Of a stretch of 64,000 nt of DNA, positions 1 to 12,917 are shown piece after piece. The position numbers and the translations under genes are program-made. Origin of the DNA: an uncultured Actinomycetota bacterium (GTDB lineage Bacteria > Actinomycetota > Actinomycetes > JAHEKZ01); assembly GCA_963743915.1 (NCBI GenBank), contig CAVURN010000003.1, forward strand, positions 320,001 to 384,000, in the 5' to 3' direction. The stretch's first letter is position 1; each line of letters opens with the position of its first letter. A model generated the notes under the pieces. That model saw only the letters and a list, made by a program, of their open reading frames with translations. It did no database searches and was not told where the DNA came from.

Positions 1-1141
1 CGATGGCCATGAAGCACCCCTGCACCCGCACGTCCCCGACCTGGGAGAACCGTTCGGTCAGCGGCGCGAGCAGCTCGACCCCGACGGAGTGGAGAGCACG
101 GACGTTCTCGAGGATGTGCTCTCGCTCGAAGATGTCCAGCGTGGCCAGCGCAGCGGCACACGAGGCGGGGAGCCAGGACCAGGTGCTTCCCGTGGAGAGG
201 TCGTCGAAGCCTCCCAGCACGCGCTCAGTGCCCAGGACCGCACCGATCGGCATGACGCCCCCACCCATCGCCTTGCCAAGACACATCAGGTCTGGCCGCA
301 GACCCCACAGGTCGGAGGCGAACAGCTCACCGGTGCGCCCGAAGCCGGTCTTGACCTCATCGAGGCACAGCAGCCAGTCGTGCTCGCGGCACAGCGCGAC
401 GAGGGCGTCCCAGAATGCCCGGTCAGGAGTGACGACTCCCCCTGAGCCGAGCACCGGCTCGATCACGACACCGGCCACTTCGCCAGGGTCCACCACGTGG
501 AAGAGCAAGTGGTCGCGCAGGTAGTCGACGGTGCTGTCGCCCGTGCCACCGGGTCGGGGGGCGGTGAACGGCGACCGGTATGTGTGCGGGTACGGCACGT
601 GCACGAACCCGCCGCCAAGACCGCGCAGACCCATGCCGATCTCAGCGTGCTCCGCACCCAGGCCCGCCGTGGTGGAGGACTCTCCGTGGTAGCCGCCATG
701 GAATCCAATGACGACTGGACGTCCCGTCGCCCGCCTCATGACGCGCACGGCCGTCTCGATCGCCTCGGTCCCGTTCAGAGCGATGTCGACCCGGGTGAGT
801 CCCTCTGGGGCAACCGCCAGCAGCCGTTCTGCGAGCTGTGTCATCAACGGATGGGTCAACGCGTGGCTGTCCTCGTTGCCGAACGAGACCAGCTGTTCCG
901 CGACAGCGGCGACAATGTCTGTCCGTCCGGCGCCGAAGGGCACCGACGCGGACGAGCTGGCGAGATCGACGAACACGTTGCCGTCGACGTCCTCGACCAG
1001 CCATCGTTCCTTGCGGCTCGCGACGATCGGGTAGGCACCGTGCGTCAACCCTGGATAGAAGATCCGTTGCTGCGCCTCACGCGCCTCTCTGCTCCGAGGT
1101 CCAGGGACCTGCCCGCTCACGTGCGGGCCCACGAGACTCAT
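1..1141 (-). CDS. Class-III (fold type I) PLP-dependent aminotransferase-family enzyme, 3' end runs off the window
   Basis: Not in the ORF track. Manual translation from ATG at 1141 (ATGA overlap with the upstream stop): MSLVGPHVSGQVPGPRS...DVDGNVFVD...NGTEAIETA...GGYHG...IEPVLGSGG...DEVKTGFGRTG...GKAMGGG (PLP lysine). Confidence 0.9.
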   Translation of the reverse strand, partial: MSLVGPHVSGQVPGPRSREAREAQQRIFYPGLTHGAYPIVASRKERWLVEDVDGNVFVDLASSSASVPFGAGRTDIVAAVAEQLVSFGNEDSHALTHPLMTQLAERLLAVAPEGLTRVDIALNGTEAIETAVRVMRRATGRPVVIGFHGGYHGESSTTAGLGAEHAEIGMGLRGLGGGFVHVPYPHTYRSPFTAPRPGGTGDSTVDYLRDHLLFHVVDPGEVAGVVIEPVLGSGGVVTPDRAFWDALVALCREHDWLLCLDEVKTGFGRTGELFASDLWGLRPDLMCLGKAMGGGVMPIGAVLGTERVLGGFDDLSTGSTWSWLPASCAAALATLDIFEREHILENVRALHSVGVELLAPLTERFSQVGDVRVQGCFMAI

Positions 1142-2745
1142 GTCAGCCTGCGTGCTGCGGCGCGGCGACCCGCGTCACGCAGCACCTCTCGCGCGCAGTT
1201 CCGTCCGTTCGCCCCCGTGACGCCGCCACCGGGATGGGTTCCGGCGCCGCAGAGGTAGAGGTCGCGCACGGGCGTCCGGTAGTCGGCCCATCCACGCACC
1301 GGTCGAAAGGCGAACAGCTGGTCGAACGACATGTCACCGTGCAGCGCGTGGCCACCGGTCATCCCGAAGAGAGACTCGAGGTCGCGTGGGCTCAGTACCT
1401 GACGGTGTACGACGAGACCGGGCAGATCGGGCATGACACCAGCCAATCGCTCGACCGCCGCATCCGCCACCTTCTCCTTGAGGTCGTCCCAGTCTCCGTC
1501 TGCCAAGGTGTAGGGCTGCGAGTTCACGTCGATCGTGACGATGTGATGACCCGGCGGCGCGAGCGAGGCGTCGTGCACGGTCGGGAAGCACACTTCGATG
1601 TGCGGGTCGTGCGCAGGGATGCCCTGCTTGGCCTGCGCTTGGGCGCGGTCGAGGTCGGAGAGCCACCCGGAGACCTCCATGATGCCCCGGTGGTAGGGCT
1701 GCTCGCCTTCTCCGAGGCCCCTCACGTGCGGTAGGCCTGACACCCCCAGGGTGATCTTCATGCTGGTGCCCTCGATGCGGTAGGCGCGCAGTGCCGCCTC
1801 GAAGGAGGACGGCAGGACGCCACCGGGCACCAGACCGAGAAAGGTCCGGTGGGGATCGGCGTTGGACAGCACCCGTGAGGCCCGGATCACCTCCCCGTCG
1901 GTGAGCTGTACGCCCCTTGCCTGCCCCTCCTCCACCACGATCTTCGCGACCTCGGCCTCGGTCAGGATCTCGGCCCCGGCCTCGACGGCAGCCTCAGCGA
2001 GCAGCTCGGTGACGCATCCGATCCCCCCTCGGACGAAACCCCAGCTGCGGACGCCGGCACCGGCGTCCTCTGAGGCGTGGTCGTGGAGGAGCACGTACGC
2101 CGTACCGGGGTCGGACGGACCCAGCACGCTGTCGTTGATCGCATGCCAACCGAAGGCCGCCTTCACCTGCTCGGACTCGAAGTACTGGTCAAGAAGCTGG
2201 GTCGCCGACGTGGCAAAGAGCTGGCCAGCAGCCAGCACCTGTCGACGGTGTCGAGCGGCGTGTCTGCCCAGACGCGTGAGGGCGCGGATCCCCGTCGTGC
2301 GAAGAGCCGCACTGGGAGGCGTCCAGTCGATCATCGGTGTGACGAGGCCCGCGACGGCTCCGAGGTCGGCCTCGAACTGACCCAGTGCGTGAGCGTCGCG
2401 CTCGGAGAATTTCGCGATGTTCTGCGCCGTGACGGCCAGGTCGTCGTCGACGTAGAGGTGCGAACCGTCGTCGAAGACGTGCAGCGAGGGCCCGGCCGGA
2501 TCGACGACCAGACCTCTTTCGGCCAGGCGGCAGTCCCGCCAGATCGACTCGCGCAGCATCGAGAGCACGTACGCACCGGTGGATGCCCGGAACCCGGGGG
2601 CGAAGGTCTCGGTGACACAGGCGCCCCCGACGAACGGACGACGCTCGAGGACGAGTGGCCGCAGCCCGGCGCGGGCCAGGTAGAACGCAGCGACGAGCCC
2701 GTTGTGGCCGCCTCCGACGACGATGGCGTCGCGGGTCGTGGTCAT
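1138..2745 (-). CDS. Phytoene desaturase-family (PYROXD2-like) FAD-dependent oxidoreductase
   Basis: Starts MTTTRDAIVVGGGHNGLVAA (Rossmann motif); ERRPFVGGAC; C-terminal LYLCGAGTHPGGGVTGANG; TGATG coupling to the upstream permease. Confidence 0.88.
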   Translation of the reverse strand: MTTTRDAIVVGGGHNGLVAAFYLARAGLRPLVLERRPFVGGACVTETFAPGFRASTGAYVLSMLRESIWRDCRLAERGLVVDPAGPSLHVFDDGSHLYVDDDLAVTAQNIAKFSERDAHALGQFEADLGAVAGLVTPMIDWTPPSAALRTTGIRALTRLGRHAARHRRQVLAAGQLFATSATQLLDQYFESEQVKAAFGWHAINDSVLGPSDPGTAYVLLHDHASEDAGAGVRSWGFVRGGIGCVTELLAEAAVEAGAEILTEAEVAKIVVEEGQARGVQLTDGEVIRASRVLSNADPHRTFLGLVPGGVLPSSFEAALRAYRIEGTSMKITLGVSGLPHVRGLGEGEQPYHRGIMEVSGWLSDLDRAQAQAKQGIPAHDPHIEVCFPTVHDASLAPPGHHIVTIDVNSQPYTLADGDWDDLKEKVADAAVERLAGVMPDLPGLVVHRQVLSPRDLESLFGMTGGHALHGDMSFDQLFAFRPVRGWADYRTPVRDLYLCGAGTHPGGGVTGANGRNCAREVLRDAGRRAAARRLT

Positions 2746-3668
2746 CAGGTCTCCAACCGGTTGATGCGGGACAGCCGATAGGCGATGACAGCCAGTACGC
2801 CTGAGAGGGCGAGCAGCATGAGACTGAGCGCCGATCCGCCCGCGAGATCCCCCTGATCGAGAATCAGGCTGTTGACCGCCTGGCCGAGCATGTAGGAGCT
2901 CGTGCCGCCCACCAGGGTTGGTGCGGCGAAGTCGGTGAAGAGGGGGATGTAGACCAACAGCACCGCGATGAAGATGCCGGGTGCGGCCAGTGGCAGCAGG
3001 ATGCGCCGCGCGATCGTCCACCAGCCGGCGCCCAGGTCCTGCGCCGCCTGGAAGAGCTTGGGGTCGATGGCCTTCATGGACGCGTAGAGGGGAATGATCG
3101 TGTACGTGATCCAGCCGGTCGACAGCACGACGATCACGGCGAGCTTGTTGAAGAGCAGGGCGTCGATGGGGGCGTCGATGATCCCGAGCGTCTCGAGGGC
3201 ACCGTTGAGGATGCCGTTCCTGCCCAGGAGCATGCGCCAGGCGTAGATCCGCACCACGGGATTGAGCTCGTCGAGGACGACGAGCCCGAGCAGGAGTGGG
3301 ATCTCAAAGCGCCCTGCCTTGAACGCCATGATGTAGGCGAGGGGGACCCCCACGACCAGCTGGATCAACATCGCTGAGGTGGCGATGATCACCGTCGTCT
3401 TGGCGATCTCGAGATACACGGGGTCGGTGAGCAGAGACGTGTACGCCTCGATCGACCAGATCGACTCCGCACCGTTGATCCCCATCCCCACGCTGATGAG
3501 CGCGAGCAGGGCCATGGGAACGACGAAGAGCGCCAGAAGCACGAGCAGCGGTACCGTCAGGTACGCCGCCGGCAGCCAGCCGGCACGGGTTCGTCTTTCG
3601 GCGTGGTCGGTCCCCGCGATCGCGTCACTGACCAGATCGCTCGCCTGGGTGGCCGTGGTGAAGGTCAT
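2745..3668 (-). CDS. ABC transporter permease, PotB-like
   Basis: About 6 TM segments; EAA-like loop QAAQDLGAG; LPLAAPG; PTLVGG. Confidence 0.9.
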   Translation of the reverse strand: MTFTTATQASDLVSDAIAGTDHAERRTRAGWLPAAYLTVPLLVLLALFVVPMALLALISVGMGINGAESIWSIEAYTSLLTDPVYLEIAKTTVIIATSAMLIQLVVGVPLAYIMAFKAGRFEIPLLLGLVVLDELNPVVRIYAWRMLLGRNGILNGALETLGIIDAPIDALLFNKLAVIVVLSTGWITYTIIPLYASMKAIDPKLFQAAQDLGAGWWTIARRILLPLAAPGIFIAVLLVYIPLFTDFAAPTLVGGTSSYMLGQAVNSLILDQGDLAGGSALSLMLLALSGVLAVIAYRLSRINRLET

Positions 3669-4510
3669 CCTCGAGTCCCGGTGGTGACGAGGGAGGCCAG
3701 CTCGTCACCGCTGCCCCGGCGTCGAGAGACTCTCCGGATTCCCCACCACAACAGGTAGACGATGGCGACCTGGACCACCGAGATGAGCGTCGACATCGCG
3801 TTCACGATGGGCAGGTTGTTGGAGTTCCGCAGCACCGAGTACACCCAGACCGGGAAGGTCTGGTCGTAGCCTCCCGTGAAGAAGCTGATCTCGAAGTTGT
3901 TGAACGACCAGGCGAAGGCAAAGATGAACGACGCCGCCAGGGCCGGTGCCAGCTGTGGCAGCACGACACGCGTCATCATCTGCCACTGGGAGGCTCCCAG
4001 ATCGAGTGCGGCCTCCTCCTGTGACCGCTCGAACCTCACCAGCCTCGCGGCCACCAGGGCGGTGACCAAGGGGAAGGTCGTCATGATGTGCATGACGCCG
4101 ATGGTCTCCAGGCTCAGGTCGACATCGAGGGAGGCGAAGAGCAGCAGCCCCGCGATCCCTGTGACCAACCAGGGAACCACCAGTGGCGCGCCGACGAGTC
4201 CGGTTGTCGCCGACCGACCACGGAACCGGAACCGGGTGATCGCCCATGCAGTGCAGGTGCCGAGCACCACACAGACCGGTGCCACGACGCCGGCGAGCAG
4301 GAGCGAGTTGAGGAGCGCCTCGAGCGCCGCCGGATCGCTCAGAGCCGCCGAGTACCACTCGAGAGTGAACCCCTCGAACGGCAGGGCGATCACCGACGAG
4401 TCGTTGAACGAGAAGACGGCCAGCAGCAGTATGGGGCCCACGAGGACCACTCCCACGGCGAGCACCATGAGAGTCGCCAAGGAGTCCGACCACCACTGCT
4501 GGCGCGGCAT
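3665..4510 (-). CDS. ABC transporter permease, PotC-like
   Basis: FSFN...GFTLEWY; EEAALDLGAS loop; multiple TM segments. Confidence 0.9.
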   Translation of the reverse strand: MPRQQWWSDSLATLMVLAVGVVLVGPILLLAVFSFNDSSVIALPFEGFTLEWYSAALSDPAALEALLNSLLLAGVVAPVCVVLGTCTAWAITRFRFRGRSATTGLVGAPLVVPWLVTGIAGLLLFASLDVDLSLETIGVMHIMTTFPLVTALVAARLVRFERSQEEAALDLGASQWQMMTRVVLPQLAPALAASFIFAFAWSFNNFEISFFTGGYDQTFPVWVYSVLRNSNNLPIVNAMSTLISVVQVAIVYLLWWGIRRVSRRRGSGDELASLVTTGTRG

Positions 4511-5596
4511 CTAGCCCACCTGGATCTCTTGCCAGGCCGCGTCCCACTCCTCCTGGTAGGTGGGCTCGACCTCGGCGATCATCGACTCCAGCTGGCTCGG
4601 ATCCGCCGCCTCCCGGTCCTCTTCGGGGATCAGTGGCATCGCCTCGGGGTTGACGATCGAGAAGCCCTGCGAGGCGATCACCGCCTGCATCTCCGGTGAC
4701 AGGTAGTGGTTGATCAGGGCATATGCGGCTGAGACGTTCTCCGACTCCGAGCTGATCCCGAAGCCGCAGATCCACGACAAAGCTCCCTCTTCCGGAGCGA
4801 TCCACTCCACGTCGACGCCTTCCTTCTGGAGCTTCGCCGTCGTTCCCAGGCCGCCGTCACTGAGGGTGATCTCTCCGGACTTGAAGAGGTTGATCGTGTC
4901 CGAGTCCGAGTCGGCGAAGGTACGGAACTGATCGCGGTTGTCGATCATGTAGTCCCGCACCTCTGCGATCTGGTCGGGATCCATGTGCATCGGGTCATCG
5001 ATGCCCAGCGCCATCGCCGTGACCGCGAGCGGCGTGAGAGACCCCCCGCCGTCGAGCGCGACCTGGCCCTGCAGCGCGGGATCGTAGAGGTCGGTCCAGC
5101 TCGTCGGTGGCTCCGGGAAGGCACCGGTCTCGTAGATCAGACCGTGCGGACCGGCCGACAGGGGCACCATCCACGTGCTGCCGTCCGTCGTGACGCCATC
5201 GGCGTTCCTGAACGAGCCCAGCATGTTCTCCCACTCGGTGATCTTGCTGGTGTCGATCGGCGCCAGGAGGTCGGCACTCACCAGCGGGCTCGACTCATCG
5301 AGGCAGACCTCGATCACGTCGGTGCCAAACCCACCTTTGATCTTGGCGGCCGCCTGCGCATTGCTGTTGAAAGTCGCCGTCTGGACCTCGACGCCCGGGT
5401 ACGCGTCCTCGAAGGGATCGAGGATCGCGGGGTCGATCGAGTCGTCATAGGTGAAGGTGCGCACCGCTCCTGTGACCGGGTCATCGGCTGAGTCACTGAC
5501 ATCGCTCCCAGCGTCGGAGCCACAGGCGGCGACCGTCGTCGCCAACGCAACCCCGGTGCAGACAGCGAGAAGACGAACGCGGGCTGGAGATCTCAT
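4511..5596 (-). CDS. ABC transporter substrate-binding lipoprotein, PotD/PotF-like fold
   Basis: Signal peptide with lipobox VAA-C; PTSWTDLYDP; PEEGALSW; located in the Pot-like operon. Confidence 0.85.
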   Translation of the reverse strand: MRSPARVRLLAVCTGVALATTVAACGSDAGSDVSDSADDPVTGAVRTFTYDDSIDPAILDPFEDAYPGVEVQTATFNSNAQAAAKIKGGFGTDVIEVCLDESSPLVSADLLAPIDTSKITEWENMLGSFRNADGVTTDGSTWMVPLSAGPHGLIYETGAFPEPPTSWTDLYDPALQGQVALDGGGSLTPLAVTAMALGIDDPMHMDPDQIAEVRDYMIDNRDQFRTFADSDSDTINLFKSGEITLSDGGLGTTAKLQKEGVDVEWIAPEEGALSWICGFGISSESENVSAAYALINHYLSPEMQAVIASQGFSIVNPEAMPLIPEEDREAADPSQLESMIAEVEPTYQEEWDAAWQEIQVG

Positions 5597-5639
5597 GGGG
5601 AACCCTTCGACGTGGACCAACGGGAGCGGGGGAGGAGAG

Positions 5640-6788
5640 TCATGGGGCTTCGCCGATCACGTGAGCGCCCTCGGGCTGCCACGTGACGAACACCTGCTGC
5701 CCCGGGGCGACGCCTCGGACTGACGGCGAGTCACTCAGAGCGTGGACCGCGAGGACGGAGCCGATGCTCAGACCGACGGTGACCTGGGTGAGGGAGCCGA
5801 GATAGGTCAGTTCGACGACGGAACCACGTACCCAGCTCACGCGGGGGTCCGGCTCAGGGTCTCCTTCGGATCGCAGCGAGATACGTTCGGGTCGTACCGT
5901 GATCTGCAGTGCCGACCTATCGAGGGTCTCACCGATCCCAGAGGGGGCGGTAGCCGTCAGTCGCTGTCCCTCACCGATCCGCGTGGTGAAGACGCCGTCG
6001 TGGTACTGCGGATCAGCCATGACCATCAGGTTCGAGGTTCCGATGAAGTCGGCGACAAAGGCCGACGTCGGACGCTCGTACAGGGCACGTGGTTCAGCGA
6101 GCTGTTCGACCCGGCCGTCCTGCATGACCGCTATCCGGTCAGACATCGTCAACGCCTCCTCCTGGTCGTGCGTGACGTAGAGGAAGGTCGTGGCGGTCTG
6201 CTGATGGATGCGTCGGAGCTCGGTCTGCATCTGCTTCCGGAGCTGAAGGTCCAGCGCTCCGAGCGGTTCGTCCAGCAGCAGAGCGCGTGGCCGGTTCACC
6301 AGCGCCCGTGCAAGTGCGACTCTCTGACGTTGCCCGCCTGACAGCTGGGCCGGGCGTCGTTCATCCATGCCTTCGAGCCTCATGGTCCTCAGGGCATCAG
6401 TGATCCGGTCGGTCTGCTCGTGACGACTGAGGTGCTTGATGCGGAGACCGAAGGCGATGTTCTCGGCGACGGTGAGGTGAGGGAACAACGCGTAGTCCTG
6501 GAAGACCATGTTGAGCGGCCGCTTCGCGGGACGCCTCGGTGTGAGATCGTCGCCGCCGACCAGGATGCGGCCGGCGCTCGGCTGCTCGAAGCCTGCCACG
6601 AGGCGCAGCGTCGTGGTCTTGCCGCACCCGCTGGGTCCGAGAAGCGAGAAGAACTCACCGGCGCCGATCGTCAGATCGACGTCGTCGACAGCCGTGACTG
6701 CACCGAACCTCTTGGTCACGTGCTCGATCCGCAGCTCTCCCCCTGTCGCGTGTGGTGCGCGCGACGACTCGACCGATGCCTGAGTCAT
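5640..6788 (-). CDS. ABC transporter ATP-binding protein, PotA-like
   Basis: Walker A GPSGCGKT, signature LSGGQRQ, Walker B LLLDEP, VTHDQEEA, C-terminal TOBE region. Confidence 0.95.
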   Translation of the reverse strand: MTQASVESSRAPHATGGELRIEHVTKRFGAVTAVDDVDLTIGAGEFFSLLGPSGCGKTTTLRLVAGFEQPSAGRILVGGDDLTPRRPAKRPLNMVFQDYALFPHLTVAENIAFGLRIKHLSRHEQTDRITDALRTMRLEGMDERRPAQLSGGQRQRVALARALVNRPRALLLDEPLGALDLQLRKQMQTELRRIHQQTATTFLYVTHDQEEALTMSDRIAVMQDGRVEQLAEPRALYERPTSAFVADFIGTSNLMVMADPQYHDGVFTTRIGEGQRLTATAPSGIGETLDRSALQITVRPERISLRSEGDPEPDPRVSWVRGSVVELTYLGSLTQVTVGLSIGSVLAVHALSDSPSVRGVAPGQQVFVTWQPEGAHVIGEAP

Positions 6789-8220
6789 GCCTCCACCTCC
6801 GGGGTCGTGAGCACGACGAACAGGTCGTTGACGTTGGTCCCCGTGTGCCCCAAGCGCACTGCCAGCCCGAGCTGCTCACAGGCAGAAGTCGACGAGTGCT
6901 GCAGCCTCGCCAGCTGAAGGTCGACGCCGCGCTGCTGGGCTCGGCGCCAGGTCTCACCGTCCACCAAGGCACCCGCGTACGGTGTGCCGCCGTCCGAGCC
7001 GTCGGTGTCCAAGAAGATCGCCGCCGAAGCATGCCCAGCGAGCGTCTGCGCGGCACGGAGCGCCGCGTGCTGATTCGGCCCGCCCTGGCCGAACGCTGCG
7101 CCGGAAGCGAGCGTGACCACAGACTCACCCCCGCACCCGAGCAGCATGACCGGTTCCCCGCCGGCCTCCGCCTCGTCAATCGCTCGCTGAGCCAGGTACT
7201 CGCCGACCTCGTCGGCGTCTCCCTCGATCTCCCGCTCGACCAGCACCGACTGATAGCCCAGGGCAGTAGCCGCCCGTTGCATGGCCTTCGCGGTGCGGGC
7301 ACCGTCCGCGAGCATCACCGTCTGTGGCTCGACGACCAGCTCTGGCGTCGGCAGATTGCGTTCCAGGTGGGCCCGCACACTGTCGGGGACCAGGTTCCAC
7401 AGCTCGGCCTGCTGCAGGACGGCGCGCGCCTGGGCTGCGTCAGAGGTGTCCTGCACAGTCGGATCGGTGATGGCGTCGAGCGGACTACCCGCCACGTCGG
7501 ACACCGTCAGGTTGATGATCCGCGCAGGGAGGGCGGCGAGGGCTACTCGACCCCCCTTGACCGCCGACACCTGTTTGCGCACCACGTTGATGTCCGTGAT
7601 TGCCAGACCACTGGCCAGCAGCTGCTCATGCAGGGTGCGTTTGTCGTGTGCGCCAACTCCTTCGACCGGCAGGCTCGACAGCGCCGAGCTGCCGCCGGTG
7701 AAGCAGGTGATCACGACGTCGTCCGGCCCTGCGTCGGCCGCACAGGTCAAGATCTGCTGCGCGGCCCGAACGCTCCGCTCGGTCGGAAGGGGATGGTCGG
7801 CGCACATGACCTGGATACCCACGAGCGCGGGCGCGTCCGGGTCGCGTACCGCGACCACGCCGCCGGCCAGTCTCGACTGCAGGATCTCCTGGAGCGCAGC
7901 AGCGATGGGATAGCTCGCCTTTCCCGCACCCAGGACCAGGACCCGACCGACACCGTTCATCTCGTAGCGCCGGCCGTCGACGATCAACACGTCTGTGGCG
8001 GGGTCGTACGACACGCATCGGTGAGTGGCGGCGCCTGGATCGGCCGCGGCCAGACCGGCCATTGCGACCTCGAGCACCGCACCCCGATAGCCGGTGTAGC
8101 GGCCCGTCAAGAGCTGCGGCGACTCGGTGAGCACCTTGGACAGCAGCTGAGCGCCCGTCCGCGACCGCATGGAGGAACCGGTGACTTGGTCACCGGTCTC
8201 CGACTGCAGGCGTGGAGTGG

Positions 8221-8224
<4 letters not shown>
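6785..8224 (-). CDS. Glycerate 2-kinase (GK-II, DUF4147/MOFRL) family protein, divergent
   Basis: GAGKAS, HPLP, TGGSSAL, VRKQVSAVKGG, SDV, TDGSDG, TGTNVND. Start probably GTG 8224 (GTGA overlap with the enolase stop); alternative ATG 8170. Confidence 0.85.
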
Positions 8225-10205
<1,981 letters not shown>

Positions 10206-10209
<4 letters not shown>

Positions 10210-11732
10210 AGACCGAGCGAGCTCCAGTCACCCGTGATCGCGCATGTGATCCCGGGCACCTGGATGTTGACGAACAACCACTGCCCATCGGGCGAGAAGC
10301 AGGCGCCCGCGAACTCCGAGAAGCCGATGCCGTCGCCGGCTGACTTGCCGTCGTCGGGCACGGTCGGGTCGTAGAGCTTGCCCGAGGCTTCGAGGTAGTG
10401 CTGCTGCACGCCTACGAGGTTCTCGGCGATCGTGACCATGGTTCCGTTCGGCCGAAGCCCGAGAACGCGGTTGCTCTTGAGGTTGCCGTCCTCGCAGATC
10501 ACGATCCCGCCGCCTGGACTCGTGCACATGTTGTCGGGGCCGTCCAGCTCGGCGCGGGACGTCGACTCGAAGAGAAGCACAAGCTCACCTCGCTCGTTCA
10601 ACTCACCGATGTTGGCCGTCGGCGTGTACTGCCACACCTGGCCGAGGCCGGCGTCTCCACCTTCGGAGGATCCGAAGACCGCCGCACCGTCCCGGAAAGT
10701 GCATCCCTCTCCACCGAGGAACTTGGCAGCCCCCTTGGCGCGTCCCTGCTTGAACACGGCCGAGGCATCGTCTTCGGCATCCTTGGGGTTGGGGTCGTCG
10801 ATGGTGACCCAGTTGCACTCCAGGACCTCTCCCACCGTCTGGCCCACGATGGTGTTGTACTTCGGCTGACCCTTGACGCGCAGCATCTGCAGCGTCCCCT
10901 CGCGAAGGTTCGGGCGCTCTCCCTCGGTGTAGCTCGCCGGAAGGTACCGGTAGAACCCGTCAGGCCCTTCGTCCTCGGTGAGGTAGATGACTCCGGTCGC
11001 CGGGTCGACGGCGCCGGCCTCGTGGAGCATGCGCCCCATGGCTCGGTAGGGACGGGTGAACTTCGCGGCGTCCTTGGCCGGGTCGACCTCGAACACGTAC
11101 CCATGGGACCTCTTGCGCCCGGAGCTCACCCCAGCGACCGTCTCCTCACAGGTGAGCCAGGTGCCCCAGGGAGTCGGAGCGCCTGCGCAGTTGGTGTCGG
11201 TGCCGTTGAGGCTGATCCACGAGCCGAGGTACTCGGCGTTGGAGGCGTCGAGCTCGAGGGTCACGGTGCCGCCCGGTGCCTTCCGGTCCCATGCGGTGCT
11301 GGGATCCCCGATGACGGTGCCGGCCGGGATGTCGTTGCCCTCCCCGAGCTCGTGGTTGCGCACCAGACGCCACGTGCCGTCCTCCATGTCGAAGCAGGCC
11401 ATGCCGTCGTGGATGGGCGGGGTGATGTAGCCGTCGCTCATCGCAGACCCGAAGGCGCCGAAGGTGTGGTAACTGAACCCGGGAGGGAGGGCGAGCTCGC
11501 TGCCGGTTGCCGACAGCGAGGCGGTGGTGGGCCGGACGGTCCGCAGGCTGCCCTGGAGCATGGCGGCCCCGGCCGCGGGGTTGTGCGCCATGACGCCGGC
11601 GCTGGCGACGGCGGTCCCGAGCAGGCCGAGTCGGAGGAAGTGGCGGCGGTCAACCGAGCCGCGACGTCCCCTGCCGTCGGCGCGCGGATCGGAGCTGTCG
11701 GATGGGGTGCTGGACGAGTGGGGGGAGCTCAT
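10206..11732 (-). CDS. Tat-exported PhoX/DUF839-family metallophosphatase
   Basis: Tat motif DRRHFL; RNHE, NCAG..TPWGTWLTCEE, HEA, YLTED, PDN, CED, EFAG..FSPDG..FVNIQ. Confidence 0.85.
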
Positions 11733-11751
11733 GGTCACCTCTTAGGGTGTG

Positions 11752-11785
11752 ACACACCGACTGGTGTGTTCGATTGTCAACAATC
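11752..11785. promoter_or_regulatory. Putative GntR/FadR operator plus adjacent inverted repeat
   Basis: Near-palindrome GATTGTCAACAATC (11772-11785) resembling FadR-type TTGT-N2-ACAA sites; ACACACC-GACT-GGTGTGT inverted repeat (11752-11769); located just upstream of the operon that contains the GntR gene. Confidence 0.55.
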
Positions 11786-11836
11786 CGGCACTCTAGGTGA
11801 GACTGCTCCGCCTGACAAGGTCCAAGGGGTGAGACC

Positions 11837-12367
11837 GTGATCAGCACTCGGCCCGCCCCCGCGCGGGTGCTCTGCCTGTCCTGTCCGACTGAGGACCTCG
11901 CGGCGCTGCCTGCCGTGCTGCGACACTTCGGTCGGGCGCTGGTGCCGGCCGGGGGTGCCGGCGACCTTGCCCAGGCGGCGGGCGTCGACGAGCTCTACCT
12001 TGTAGAGGTCGCCGCAGACGGGCCCCTAGCGGCGGTCACCTGGCGGGCGCGGCTCGCCCTGAGCACCCCGTTGACCGACCCCGATCCTGGTCTGCTGCTC
12101 CCTGCGTCATGGCACGCCCGTCACCCCCTCGCGTACCGCGCTGCCCGCACCCCCCACCTACCTGCCCACCCCGAGGCCGACGGGCGGGACGACGACTGGG
12201 ACGACGAGGACGAGTCACCCCCTGGTCAGGTCTTCGTTCCGATCATGGCTCTCGACCCGGTGACACGGGCGGAGTGGGTGTTCACCAACGAACTCGTCCC
12301 CAAGCAGCAACGGCGCGGACGGCGTTTTGCTCCCCGCGTCCCGACGCTTGTCCACCTGCCTGACTGA
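11837..12367 (+). CDS. Hypothetical protein
   Basis: 176-aa ORF filling the gap, plausible codon usage, acidic tract DDDWDDEDE; no recognised family. Confidence 0.55.
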   Translation: MISTRPAPARVLCLSCPTEDLAALPAVLRHFGRALVPAGGAGDLAQAAGVDELYLVEVAADGPLAAVTWRARLALSTPLTDPDPGLLLPASWHARHPLAYRAARTPHLPAHPEADGRDDDWDDEDESPPGQVFVPIMALDPVTRAEWVFTNELVPKQQRRGRRFAPRVPTLVHLPD

Positions 12368-12410
12368 ACCCGGCATCACGGTGTCGCAGGCACGCCCACT
12401 GCGTCGCCGA

Positions 12411-12917
12411 TCAGCCGCGGGCGATCCAGTGGGTGGGACCCGCGACGTCGACGTCGGCGTGGCCCAGGGCCTCGGTCAGCAGCCAGGGAGCGCGGACCGC
12501 GCCGTAGTTGCCTCGCCACAGGCAGGTGGAGGGGACCGTGACGGTGGCGGTCGTCGCCACCCAGGTGCTGGTGAGACCGGCGCAGCGGACGCGACCGCCG
12601 GCGTCGAGCAGGAAGTCGCGGTCCGCACCGTCGACCTCGTGGCGCACAGCGACACGCAACAATCCTCGATCGCGGGCCTTCAGGCCCATCACGGCGTACC
12701 CGTTGCGGTCAGCGCGAAAGTTCATGGTCACCGTGACGGCGTAGTCGCCGTTGTCCACGGTGGCCCCGACGATGTCGAGGCCGGGTCGCGACTGGTCGTT
12801 CGCCACGTCGGTCAGCGTCTCCTCCGCCGCCTGCGCGGCCGGCGCGAGGCCAAGAGTCAGGCCGACGCTCAACGCGCCGGCGACGGACAGGGACAGGATG
12901 CGGGCTGGTGTTGTCAT
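12411..12917 (-). CDS. Secreted hypothetical protein
   Basis: MTTPARILSLSVAGALSVGLTLGLAPAAQA signal peptide with AQA cleavage site; beta-rich mature part with two Cys. Confidence 0.7.
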   Translation of the reverse strand: MTTPARILSLSVAGALSVGLTLGLAPAAQAAEETLTDVANDQSRPGLDIVGATVDNGDYAVTVTMNFRADRNGYAVMGLKARDRGLLRVAVRHEVDGADRDFLLDAGGRVRCAGLTSTWVATTATVTVPSTCLWRGNYGAVRAPWLLTEALGHADVDVAGPTHWIARG

